A stretch of 39,525 nucleotides of DNA, taken from the NCBI GenBank assembly GCA_045650355.1, contig JAZRRC010000023.1, forward strand, positions 1 to 39,525. The letters are read 5' to 3'. Below are positions 15,371-24,810 of the stretch, piece after piece. Source of the stretch: Candidatus Avispirillum sp. GTDB lineage: Bacteria; Bacillota; Clostridia; Oscillospirales; CAG-272. Below the pieces are notes generated by a model that was not told the DNA's origin, did not search any database, and saw only the letters and a list, made by a program, of their open reading frames with translations. The translations under genes were made by a program, and so were the position numbers. Each line of letters starts with the position of its first letter. Position 1 is the first letter of the stretch.

Positions 15371-16795
15371 ATGAGAAAATTTGATACTAAAGTACAGCAT
15401 CTGAAATACAAGGTACTCCGTGAGGTTGCAAGACAGGCTTGGGCGGGAACACTTCTTGAGAACGTTCTCGATATCCCCAAGATCATCATCCCCAACACAA
15501 CTCCCACAATGCGCTGCTGCGTATACAAGGAGAGAGCGATCCTTTCCGAAAGAGTAAAGGTTGCTATGGGCGGTAACTGCGGAGAAGACAACAACGTCAT
15601 CCAGGTAATCGATATTGCCTGCGACGAGTGTCCTGCTGCAGGTTATGAGGTAACAGATTCCTGCCGCGGCTGCCTTGCTCACAGATGCGAGGACGTATGT
15701 AAGAGAGGCGCTATTTCTTTCGACCACAACCACGTGGCGCACATTGATAAGTCAAAGTGCGTAGAGTGCGGTCAGTGCGCAAAGGTATGCCCCTACTTCG
15801 CAATCGTAAACCGTAGCCGTCCCTGCCAGAATGCCTGCAAGGTTAAGGCTATTACAATTAAAGAAAACAATGCCGCAGCCATCGACTCAGGTAAGTGTAT
15901 CCAGTGCGGTGCCTGCGTATACCAGTGCCCCTTCGGCGCTATTGCTGATAAGTCCTATATCCTCAACGTTATCGATATGATCCAGAAGAGCGATAATAAT
16001 AAGAACTTCAAGGTTTATGCTATTGTTGCTCCCTCTATCTCCAGCCAGTTTACGTACGCAAAGCTCGGTCAGGTCATCACAGGCCTTAAGGAGCTCGGCT
16101 TCCACACAGTAATCGAGGCTGCTCTCGGTGCGGATATGGTTGCACTTTCCGAATCCCGCGAGCTCGTAGAAAAGGGTATGCTCACAAGCTCCTGCTGCCC
16201 TGCGTTCGTAGCTTATATCAAGTCTGCGTTCCCCAAGCTCCTTCCTCTCGTATCTCATAATCCTTCTCCCATGACTGCCCTTGCTAAGTATATCAAGGAA
16301 ACAGATGAGAATGCAAAGGTTGTATTTATCGGACCCTGCACAGCAAAGAAGGCAGAGGCTCAGCTTGAAGAGGTTAAGCCCTTCGTTGATGCTGTTATGA
16401 CATTCGAGGAGCTTCAGGCTCTCTTCGATAGCCGCGACTTCGATATCACAAGCCTTTCCGAGGACGTTCTTGATAACGCCTCCTACTTCGGCAGAATCTT
16501 TGCCCGCAGCGGCGGTCTTTCCGATGCAGTTGCTCAGGCAATGAAGGAGCAGAACATCGAATTCGATCTCAAGGCTGTTCCTTGCGACGGAATCGAGGCT
16601 TGCCGTGTTGCTCTTCTTAAGGCAAGCAAGAACCTTCTCGACGGTAACTTCATCGAGGGTATGGCTTGTATCGGCGGATGTATCGGCGGTGCCGGCTGTC
16701 TTACTCACGGTGAGAAGAACAAGGCAGAAGTAGATAAGTATGGCAAAGAGGCCATGGAAAAAACGATTACCAGCGCAGTTTCTGTGCTTAAGTAA
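15371..16795 (+). CDS. [FeFe] hydrogenase, group B-like catalytic subunit
   Basis: Several ferredoxin-type Cys motifs (CVECGQCAKVCP, CIQCGACVYQCP). H-cluster motifs TSSCCPAFV, GPCTAKKAE and EGMACIGGCIGGAG. Confidence 0.9.
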   Translation: MRKFDTKVQHLKYKVLREVARQAWAGTLLENVLDIPKIIIPNTTPTMRCCVYKERAILSERVKVAMGGNCGEDNNVIQVIDIACDECPAAGYEVTDSCRGCLAHRCEDVCKRGAISFDHNHVAHIDKSKCVECGQCAKVCPYFAIVNRSRPCQNACKVKAITIKENNAAAIDSGKCIQCGACVYQCPFGAIADKSYILNVIDMIQKSDNNKNFKVYAIVAPSISSQFTYAKLGQVITGLKELGFHTVIEAALGADMVALSESRELVEKGMLTSSCCPAFVAYIKSAFPKLLPLVSHNPSPMTALAKYIKETDENAKVVFIGPCTAKKAEAQLEEVKPFVDAVMTFEELQALFDSRDFDITSLSEDVLDNASYFGRIFARSGGLSDAVAQAMKEQNIEFDLKAVPCDGIEACRVALLKASKNLLDGNFIEGMACIGGCIGGAGCLTHGEKNKAEVDKYGKEAMEKTITSAVSVLK

Positions 16796-16843
16796 TATAT
16801 CATTTCCTTCAATAAATGTATAATATAAAAGGGAGTTTATAAA

Positions 16844-17788
16844 ATGTCAAAAGTTACAATTATCGGCGCAGGAAGCGTTGGCTCTACAATTGCTTATACC
16901 CTTGCAACAGGCGGTTACGTGTCCGAGATCGTTATGATCGATATTAACGAGGAAAAGGCTCTCGGCGAGGCGCTTGATATCCGTCAGGGTATGCCCTTCT
17001 GCCCCCCTGTTTCCGTTTACGCAGGCACATACCGTGATGCTGCAGGAAGCGATATCGTAGTTCTCACATCCGGCCTTGCAAGAAAGCCCGGCCAGTCCAG
17101 ACTTGACCTTGCTCAGGCAAACGTAAACATCACAAAGTCTATCATTGCTCAGGTTACAAAGTATGCTCCTGATGCAACCTACGTTATCGTATCCAACCCC
17201 GTTGACGTAATCACATACGTATGGAACAAGATCTCCGGTCTCCCCGAGAACAAGATCATCGGCTCCGGTACAATTCTTGATACAGCACGTCTCCGTGCAA
17301 GAATCTCCGAGTACTATTCCATCAGCCAGCACAACGTTCACGCATACGTGTTCGGTGAGCACGGCGACTCCTCCTTCGTTCCCTGGTCTATTGCTAACAT
17401 CTCCAACATCCCCGTTGCAGAGTATCCCAAGGTAGCAACTCTCCAGGATGCTATCTATCCCGACCTTAACTATAAGGAAGTAGAGGAGTATATGAGAAAG
17501 TCCGGCGGACGTGTTATCCAGAGAAAGGGAGCTACATTCTATGCAGTTTCTCTCTCCGTATGCCACATCTGCAAGTGCCTTCTCAACGGTACAGATACAA
17601 CAATGACAGTTTCCACAATGATGCACGGCGAGTACGGCACCGATGACGTATGCCTCTCTACACTTAACGTAGTTGGTAAGGAAGGCATCCGCGGCAAGCT
17701 TCTCGTTAACCTTACAGACGAGGAGCAGGCACTTCTCAGAAACAGTGCAAACTGCCTCAAGGAAATCATTACTCAGATTGAGATCTAA
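16844..17788 (+). CDS. LDH-family 2-hydroxyacid dehydrogenase with an Arg at the Gln102-equivalent position (predicted malate dehydrogenase; could be lactate dehydrogenase)
   Basis: KVTIIGAGSVGST (NAD site). GEHGDSSFVPWS (LDH-type catalytic His loop). Substrate loop LTSGLARKPGQSRLDL, where canonical LDH has ...Q-K-P-G... (Arg codon AGA at 17081-17083). Confidence 0.85.
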   Translation: MSKVTIIGAGSVGSTIAYTLATGGYVSEIVMIDINEEKALGEALDIRQGMPFCPPVSVYAGTYRDAAGSDIVVLTSGLARKPGQSRLDLAQANVNITKSIIAQVTKYAPDATYVIVSNPVDVITYVWNKISGLPENKIIGSGTILDTARLRARISEYYSISQHNVHAYVFGEHGDSSFVPWSIANISNIPVAEYPKVATLQDAIYPDLNYKEVEEYMRKSGGRVIQRKGATFYAVSLSVCHICKCLLNGTDTTMTVSTMMHGEYGTDDVCLSTLNVVGKEGIRGKLLVNLTDEEQALLRNSANCLKEIITQIEI

Positions 17789-17803
17789 TTGGAGGATAAA
17801 TTA

Positions 17804-19180
17804 ATGAACTATCGTATTGAACACGACTCTATGGGCGAGGTTCAGGTACCCGCTGATAAGTACTGGGCAGCCCAGACAGAGCGTAGCCGCACAAACTTCC
17901 GTATCGGCGTAGATATCGAAACAATGCCCCGTGAGATCACTAAGGCTTTCGGTGTTCTCAAGAAGGCAGCAGCTATGGCAAACAATGCTCTCAAGCCCGA
18001 GAAGATGACAGACGAAAAGCTTGAGGTTATCTCCAAGGCTTGTGACGAGGTTATGTCCGGTGCTCTCAACGATCACTTCCCCCTCGTTGTATGGCAGACA
18101 GGTAGCGGTACTCAGTCTAACATGAACGCAAACGAGGTTATTGCAAACCGTGCAAACGAGCTTGCAGGCAAGAAGCTTTGCCATCCCAACGATGATATCA
18201 ACATGAGCCAGTCCTCCAACGATACATTCCCTACAGCAATGCACATCGCTGCTGTAGCTGCTATCGAGGATAAGCTTATTCCCGCAGTTGAGCTCCTCAT
18301 CGGCACATTCAAGCGCCTTGAAGAAGAGAACGAGGGCATCACAAAGAGCGGCCGTACACACCTTCAGGACGCAACTCCCGTTAAGTTCAGCCAGGAGATC
18401 AGCGGCTGGCGCTCCTCTCTCGAGATGGATATCTTCCTTCTCCGTAAGGCTCTCCCCGCACTCAGAACTCTCGCTCTCGGCGGTACTGCAGTTGGTACAG
18501 GTCTTAATGCTCCCGCAGGCTTTGACGTAAAGGTTGCTGAGGCTGTTTCCGAAATCACAGGTAAGGACTTCACAACAGCTGATAACAAGTTCCATGCTCT
18601 CACATCCAAGGACGAGCTCGTATTCGCTCACGGCGCTATCAAGGCTCTCGCTTGCGATATGATGAAGATAGCAAACGACGTTCGTTGGCTCGCATCCGGC
18701 CCCAGACTCGGTCTTGGCGAGATCTTCATTCCCGAGAACGAGCCCGGCTCTTCCATCATGCCCGGTAAGGTTAACCCCACTCAGTGCGAGGCTGTTACAA
18801 TGGTAGCAGTTCAGGTAATGGGTAACGACGTTGCAGTTTCCATGGCAGCATCTCAGGGTAACTTCGAGCTTAACGTATTCATGCCCGTTTGCATTTACAA
18901 CTTCCTCCAGTCTGCAAGACTTCTTGCAGAGGCTATCGTTTCCTTTAACGATAACTGCGCTGTTGGTATTGTTGCAAACAAGCAGAAGATGCATGATAAC
19001 CTTCATAATTCTCTTATGCTCGTAACAGCTCTCAACCCCTATATCGGCTATGAAAATGCGGCTAAGACTGCAAAGAAAGCATATCACGATAACATTTCTC
19101 TCAAGGAGGCTTGCGTTGAGCTCGGCTTCCTCACAGCAGAGAGATTTGATGAGGTCTTCAAGCCTGAGAACATGGCGTAA
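17804..19180 (+). CDS. fumC: class II fumarate hydratase
   Basis: [15 protein letters not shown] signature, with N-terminal [23 protein letters not shown]-type sequence. ATG at 17804 follows a GGAGG RBS; the track start at 17789 is TTG. Confidence 0.95.
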   Translation: [458 protein letters not shown]

Positions 19181-19199
19181 AGAAAGGACTGACCGAAAA

Positions 19200-19985
19200 A
19201 TGAAAATAGCATACTATCCCGGATGTACGCTGAAAAATAAAGCAAAGGATCTCGATCGCTATGCGATCGAGTCCTTGGCAGCCCTCGGCTGGGAGCTCGA
19301 AGAAATCGAGAATTGGCAGTGCTGCGGCGGTATGTATACCTCCGCTGCCGATGAGATCGCAACCAAGCTTCCCGCAGTTCGTGCTCTTGCAAACGGACGC
19401 GACAACGGCGGCAAGGTACTCACCGTATGCTCAGCGTGCTATAACGTACTTAAGCAGACAAACCATGAGTTTGTAAAGAACCCCGATTTCGACCGCCGCG
19501 TTAATAACTACCTCGCTCCCGATTTTGAATATCACGGCGAGGCAGAGGTTGTTCACTTCCTCGAGTTCCTTCGCGACACTATCGGATTTGATAACCTTGC
19601 AAAGAAGGTTGTAAAGCCTCTCGCAGGCAAGAAAATCGCAGCATACTACGGCTGCCTTCTCCTCCGCCCCTCCGAGGTTTTGCAGTTTGATTCTCCCGAG
19701 AATCCCAAGATCATTGAGGACTTTATCCGCGCTCTCGGTGCAGAGCCCGTTATCTACCCCATGAGAAACGAGTGCTGCGGCGGATATATCACCCTTGAAG
19801 ATAAGAATGCGGCTAAGAAGAGAAGCAACGCTGTTGTAGATAGCGCTGTTGAGATGGGCGCTGATTATATGATCACAGCTTGCCCCCTCTGCCAGTACAA
19901 TCTTGCAAAGAATGCGGCTGCAGATCTTCCCGTTCGCTATTTCACTGAGGTTCTGGCAGAAGCCCTCGGCCTCATAGAAGAATAA
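19200..19985 (+). CDS. hdrB: heterodisulfide reductase subunit B-like protein (two CCG domains)
   Basis: MKIAYYPGCT..., WQCCGG...CSACYN and AAYYGCLL...ECCGG...CPLCQYN form a duplicated CCG motif set. The internal ATG at 19200 is used; the upstream part of track ORF 19050 overlaps fumC. Confidence 0.88.
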   Translation: MKIAYYPGCTLKNKAKDLDRYAIESLAALGWELEEIENWQCCGGMYTSAADEIATKLPAVRALANGRDNGGKVLTVCSACYNVLKQTNHEFVKNPDFDRRVNNYLAPDFEYHGEAEVVHFLEFLRDTIGFDNLAKKVVKPLAGKKIAAYYGCLLLRPSEVLQFDSPENPKIIEDFIRALGAEPVIYPMRNECCGGYITLEDKNAAKKRSNAVVDSAVEMGADYMITACPLCQYNLAKNAAADLPVRYFTEVLAEALGLIEE

Positions 19986-19998
19986 AGGAGTGTCTGAA

Positions 19999-20382
19999 AT
20001 GGAAAATAAGAAGAAAGAACAGATCCTCCGCATGAGCGGCGCTGCAGTTCAGAAGTGCATGCGCTGCGGTAAGTGCTCAGCGACCTGTCCCTCCTACGAT
20101 GAGATGGAATTTCATCCTCATCAGTTTGTATATATGGTAGAAAAGGGTGACATTGATGCGCTCATGGCATCCGAATCCGTATATAAGTGCCTCACATGCT
20201 TTGCTTGCGTTGAGAGATGCCCCCGCGGTGTTGAGCCTGCAAAGGTTATCGAGGCTGTTCGCCTTGAGGCAATAAGACAGCAGGGCGCAAACCACCTGAA
20301 GCCCAACCAGATCCCCGCTCTCCTTGACGAGGACCTTCCCGGTCAGGCTCTCATGGCGGCATTCAGAAAATACGCGAAGTAA
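19999..20382 (+). CDS. hdrC: heterodisulfide reductase subunit C-like 2x[4Fe-4S] protein
   Basis: CMRCGKCSATCP and CLTCFACVERCP. An AAAGGAG RBS lies 8 nt upstream of the ATG at 19999. Confidence 0.85.
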   Translation: MENKKKEQILRMSGAAVQKCMRCGKCSATCPSYDEMEFHPHQFVYMVEKGDIDALMASESVYKCLTCFACVERCPRGVEPAKVIEAVRLEAIRQQGANHLKPNQIPALLDEDLPGQALMAAFRKYAK

Positions 20383-20397
20383 GGAGGAATAACCGAA

Positions 20398-22389
20398 ATG
20401 CAGAGAATTGGTGTATTTGTATGTCATTGCGGTACCAACATTGCAGGAACCGTAGACGTTAAGAGAGTTGCAGAAACTCTCGCTAAAGAGCCCGGCGTCG
20501 TTTATTCCATTGATTATACCTACATGTGCTCCGAGTCAGGACAGAACCTTATCAAGGACGCTATCAGAGACTATAAGCTCACAGGCGTTGTTGTTTGCTC
20601 CTGCTCCCCCAGAATGCACGAAAACACATTCCGTAAGGCTGCAACAGCAGCAGGTCTTAACCCCTACATGGTTGAGATCGCAAACATCCGTGAGCAGTGC
20701 TCCTGGATCCATAAGGATATTGTTGAAGCAACAGAGAAGGCAGTAATCCTCGGCCGTGCTGCGATCGCTAAGGTTCACCTTAACGCTCCTCTTAAGGCAG
20801 GCGAGTCTCCCGTAATCAAGAGAGCTCTCGTTATCGGCGGCGGTATCGCAGGTATCCAGACTGCTCTTGATATTGCAGATGCAGGCTTTGAGGTTGATAT
20901 CGTTGAGAAGCAGCCCACAATCGGCGGTAAGATGACACACCTCGATAAGACCTTCCCCACACTCGACTGTGCGGCTTGTATCCTCACACCTAAGATGGTT
21001 GAATGTGCTCAGAACGAGAACATCAACATCTATTCCTACAGCGAAGTAGATACAGTATCCGGCTTCGTTGGTAACTTCTCCGTTAAGATCAAGAAGAAGG
21101 CACGCTATGTTGACGAAACAAAGTGTACAGGCTGCGGAATCTGTACTGAAAAGTGCCCCCAGGAGAAGGTTCCCAATGTGCTCAATATGGGAATGGATAA
21201 CCGCCGTGCGGTTTATATCCCCTTCGCTCAGGCAGTACCTAAGGTTGCAACAATCGATGCTAACTACTGTACAATGATGAAGACCGGCAAGTGCGGTGTT
21301 TGCTCCAAGGTTTGTACAGCAGGCGCTATCGACTACACTCAGAAGGATGAGATCGTAGAGCGTCAGTACGGTGCTATCGTAGTAGCAACAGGCTTCAATC
21401 CTATTAATGTAGAAAAGTATGATGAGTATGCATACTCCCAGTCCAAGGACGTTATCACATCTCTCGAGTTCGAGCGTCTTACCAATGCGGCAGGCCCCAC
21501 ATCCGGTAAGCTCCTTCGTCCCTCCGACGGAAAGCATCCTCACACAATCGTGTTCGTTCAGTGCGTAGGCTCCAGATGCACAGCAGAGAAGGGCAAGAGC
21601 TACTGCTCCAAGATCTGCTGCATGTACACTGCAAAGCACGCAATGCTCACACGTGAAAAGTATCCCGATACAGACGTATACGTATTCTATATCGACGTAA
21701 GAACACCCGGTAAGAACTTTGATGAGTTCTATCGCCGTGCTGCCGAGGAATACGGCGTACATTATATCAAGGGCATGGTTGGTAAGGTTGCTCCCCGTGC
21801 AGACGGCACACTCGACGTTCAGGCGTCCGACCTTATCATGAACGAGCAGCTCCATATCAATGCAGACCTCGTAGTTCTTGCAGCTGCTATCGAGCCCGAT
21901 AAGTCCGCTCGTCCCCTTGCTACAAAGCTTACAGCAAGCATGGATACAAACGACTTCTTCACAGAAGCTCATCCTAAGCTTCGTCCCGTAGAATCCCCCA
22001 CAGCAGGTATCTTCCTCTCCGGCGCATGCCAGGGCCCCAAGGATATCCCCGAGACCGTATCTCAGGCAGGTGCGGCAGCGGCTAAGGTAATCGGCCTCCT
22101 TGCAAAGGATAAGCTCGTTACTAACCCCTGCGTGGCTAAATCCGATGAGAACCTTTGTAACGGATGCTCCCAGTGTGCAAACGTATGTCCCTACGGCGCT
22201 ATTACATATGCTGATAAGGAATTCAGAATGCCCGACCGTACAACAAAGATACGTCGTGTTGCTTCTGTTAACCCTGCAGTATGTCAGGGCTGCGGTGCTT
22301 GTACCGTAACATGTCCTTCCGGTGCTATGGACCTTCAGGGCTTCTCCAACAGACAAATTATGGCGGAGGTTGACGCAATATGCAAGTAA
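20398..22389 (+). CDS. hdrA: heterodisulfide reductase subunit A-like FAD/Fe-S protein
   Basis: IGVFVCHCGTNIAG start. FAD fold ALVIGGGIAGIQTALDIADAG. Four ferredoxin-type motifs (CTGCGICTEKCP, CGVCSKVC, CNGCSQCANVCP, CQGCGACTVTCP). 663 aa. Confidence 0.92.
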   Translation: MQRIGVFVCHCGTNIAGTVDVKRVAETLAKEPGVVYSIDYTYMCSESGQNLIKDAIRDYKLTGVVVCSCSPRMHENTFRKAATAAGLNPYMVEIANIREQCSWIHKDIVEATEKAVILGRAAIAKVHLNAPLKAGESPVIKRALVIGGGIAGIQTALDIADAGFEVDIVEKQPTIGGKMTHLDKTFPTLDCAACILTPKMVECAQNENINIYSYSEVDTVSGFVGNFSVKIKKKARYVDETKCTGCGICTEKCPQEKVPNVLNMGMDNRRAVYIPFAQAVPKVATIDANYCTMMKTGKCGVCSKVCTAGAIDYTQKDEIVERQYGAIVVATGFNPINVEKYDEYAYSQSKDVITSLEFERLTNAAGPTSGKLLRPSDGKHPHTIVFVQCVGSRCTAEKGKSYCSKICCMYTAKHAMLTREKYPDTDVYVFYIDVRTPGKNFDEFYRRAAEEYGVHYIKGMVGKVAPRADGTLDVQASDLIMNEQLHINADLVVLAAAIEPDKSARPLATKLTASMDTNDFFTEAHPKLRPVESPTAGIFLSGACQGPKDIPETVSQAGAAAAKVIGLLAKDKLVTNPCVAKSDENLCNGCSQCANVCPYGAITYADKEFRMPDRTTKIRRVASVNPAVCQGCGACTVTCPSGAMDLQGFSNRQIMAEVDAICK

Positions 22390-22817
22390 ACGAAAATTTC
22401 AAGCCCACCATTGTAGCCTTCTGCTGCAACTGGTGCTCATATGCGGGAGCAGACCTCTCCGGTACTAACCGTCTTCAGTACCCTGCAGACGTTAAGATCA
22501 TCCGTGTACCTTGCTCCTGCCGTGTTAACCCCATGTTCATCCTTCGTGCTTTCCAGCGCGGAGCTGACGGAGTTATCCTTTGCGGTTGCCACCCCGGCGA
22601 CTGCCACTACACAAGCGGCAACTACTTTGCCCGCCGCCGTATGACTCTCCTCTTCTCCATGCTTGACTACCTCGGTATCGAGCGTGACAGAACCCGTGTT
22701 GAATGGGTATCTGCAGCAGAGGGCGCAAAGTTTGCGGCTACTATGAACGAATTCACTCAGCACATCATTAAGCTGGGACCTAATCGTAGACTGGAGGATC
22801 TGAGATGCAGGAAGTAA
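22380..22817 (+). CDS. mvhD: MvhD/FlxD-like (methyl-viologen-reducing hydrogenase delta subunit family) protein
   Basis: VAFCCNWCSYAGADLSG...IRVPCSCRV...ILCGCHPGDCHY. It overlaps the hdrA stop by 10 nt. Confidence 0.9.
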   Translation: MQVNENFKPTIVAFCCNWCSYAGADLSGTNRLQYPADVKIIRVPCSCRVNPMFILRAFQRGADGVILCGCHPGDCHYTSGNYFARRRMTLLFSMLDYLGIERDRTRVEWVSAAEGAKFAATMNEFTQHIIKLGPNRRLEDLRCRK

Positions 22818-23782
22818 TGAAAAAGAGAGCAATAGAGCTTCTTTCTGATGGGACTGTATCCAAGGTTATCGGCTGGATCCCCGGCGAGTTTTCCTATGAT
22901 ATGACTCCCGCTGTTTTCACAACAGCAAAAGAAATTGAAGATAGCTTCGTTTATAACGAATTTTGCGGCGCAAACGTTTCAAAGTACGTTATGAAGGAGC
23001 AGAAGAAGGATAGCGAGGCAAAGATCCTCGTATTCCTTAAGCCCTGCGATACATATTCCTTTAACCGCCTTGTTGCGGAGTATAAGGTAAACCGTGCAGG
23101 CGTTTACGTTATCGGCGTAGGCTGCGACGGCATGGCAGACGTTGAGAAGATCAAGGCAAAGGGTATCGACGGTATCATCGGTATCAGCGCAGACGGCGAT
23201 TCCTATAAGGTTGAAACCGTTTACGGCACAGAGACAGTTGCAAAGGCTGAGGCTATGGCTGAGAGATGCGTAAACTGCAAGTCAAAGAAGCTTGTTGTTT
23301 ATGATGAGATCATAGGCGAGGACGGCGAGGTAGCTGATTCCGGCCGCTTTGCAGACGTTGAAAAGCTTGAGGCAATGACAGCTGAGGAGCGTTATAATTT
23401 CTGGAGAGGCGAGCTTTCCAGATGTATCCGTTGTAACGCATGCCGCAACGTTTGCCCCGCTTGTACTTGCGAAACCTGTATCTTTGATAACCCTGCTTCC
23501 GGTGTTTCCCAGAAGGCAGCGGCTGATACGTTCGAGGAAAATATGTTCCACGTAATCCGCGCATTCCACGTAGCGGCAAGATGTACTGACTGCGGTGAGT
23601 GCTCCAGAGTATGTCCCGAGCATATTCCCCTCCACCTCCTCAACAGAAAGTTCATTAAGGACATCAACGAGCTTTACGGCGACTATCAGGCAGGCGAGGA
23701 CTCCGAGTCCAAGACTCCCCTTACCTCCTATACCTTTGATGACTGCGAGCCCTCTGTTGTTCATGAAAGGGGTAACGAATAA
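22805..23782 (+). CDS. 4Fe-4S dicluster protein (FlxC-like)
   Basis: CIRCNACRNVCPACTC and CTDCGECSRVCPEHIP. It overlaps both neighbours. An alternative ATG lies at 22817. Confidence 0.8.
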   Translation: MQEVMKKRAIELLSDGTVSKVIGWIPGEFSYDMTPAVFTTAKEIEDSFVYNEFCGANVSKYVMKEQKKDSEAKILVFLKPCDTYSFNRLVAEYKVNRAGVYVIGVGCDGMADVEKIKAKGIDGIIGISADGDSYKVETVYGTETVAKAEAMAERCVNCKSKKLVVYDEIIGEDGEVADSGRFADVEKLEAMTAEERYNFWRGELSRCIRCNACRNVCPACTCETCIFDNPASGVSQKAAADTFEENMFHVIRAFHVAARCTDCGECSRVCPEHIPLHLLNRKFIKDINELYGDYQAGEDSESKTPLTSYTFDDCEPSVVHERGNE

Positions 23783-24810
23783 TGCTTTATCTTTCCTATG
23801 ATAAGCTTGACCTTTTCTTTGAAAAGGCATCTGAAAAGCTTAACGTATACGTGCCTGTAGATACAGGCAAGGGCGCTTCCTATAAGAAGTGGGAGAAGGG
23901 ATGCGAAGTTTCCAAGGCTCTCCATACAGTAAGAAGCGCAAAGGATTTCTTCTTCCCCCAGACAGAAAACCTTGTTGAATTTAAGGTAGACGGCAAGAAG
24001 ATCGAGATCATCGATCCCCGCCGTGAAACTGAGGATTACGCAGTATTCGGCGTTCGCGCTTGCGACGTTAAGAGCTTTGGTATCCTTGATAAGGTATTCC
24101 TCTCTGAGCCTGTAGACAGCTACTATAAGAACAGAAGAGATCACGGTGTTATCATCGGTCTTTCCTGCTCCCGCCCCTCCGAGACATGCTTCTGTACCAC
24201 TTTCGGTATCGATGCTGCAACTCCTATGGCAGACGTTGACCTCACAGAGGCTGATGGCGGCTACTTCTTCAAGGCAAACACAGAGAAGGGAAGCGCATTC
24301 ATCGCATCCCTCGGTGATATCTTTGAAGAGGGCGATGAGGCTAAGGCTGAGGACGCAAAGGCAAAAACTCGTGAGATCATGAAGAAGCTTCCTCTCGCTT
24401 CCCTCACAACTGAGGGCTTTGGCGCAGATAAGCTTGAAGAAATGTTCGGCGATGCAAGATGGGCAGAGCTCTCCGAGGCTTGTCTCGGCTGCGGCACATG
24501 CACATTCGTTTGCCCCACATGCCAGTGCTACGATATCCGCGACTACGATACAGGTCACGGCGTTCAGCGTTACCGCTGCTGGGACTCCTGTATGTATTCC
24601 GACTTTACAAAAATGGCTCACGGCAACCCCCGTCTCACACAGAAAGAGAGATTCCGCCAGAGATTTATGCATAAGCTGGTTTATTTCCCCTCCAACAATG
24701 ACGGCGAGTACGGCTGTGTAGGCTGCGGCAGATGTGTTGCATCCTGCCCCATCAATATGAACATCGTTAAAGTAATGAAGAAATTTGCAACGGAGGCTGA
24801 CAATGACTAA
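23782..24810 (+). CDS. 4Fe-4S protein, AsrA / sulfhydrogenase-beta / FlxB-like
   Basis: FGVRACDVKS..., CLGCGTCTFVCPTCQCYD and CVGCGRCVASCP. 1-nt overlap with the upstream gene. Confidence 0.82.
   Translation: MLYLSYDKLDLFFEKASEKLNVYVPVDTGKGASYKKWEKGCEVSKALHTVRSAKDFFFPQTENLVEFKVDGKKIEIIDPRRETEDYAVFGVRACDVKSFGILDKVFLSEPVDSYYKNRRDHGVIIGLSCSRPSETCFCTTFGIDAATPMADVDLTEADGGYFFKANTEKGSAFIASLGDIFEEGDEAKAEDAKAKTREIMKKLPLASLTTEGFGADKLEEMFGDARWAELSEACLGCGTCTFVCPTCQCYDIRDYDTGHGVQRYRCWDSCMYSDFTKMAHGNPRLTQKERFRQRFMHKLVYFPSNNDGEYGCVGCGRCVASCPINMNIVKVMKKFATEADND

Noticed and set aside
16844-17788. Calling this gene plain L-lactate dehydrogenase (ldh).
   Set aside because: Not fully rejected, but the Arg at the Gln102-equivalent position and the fumC/frd context make malate dehydrogenase at least as likely. 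The gene symbol is left blank.
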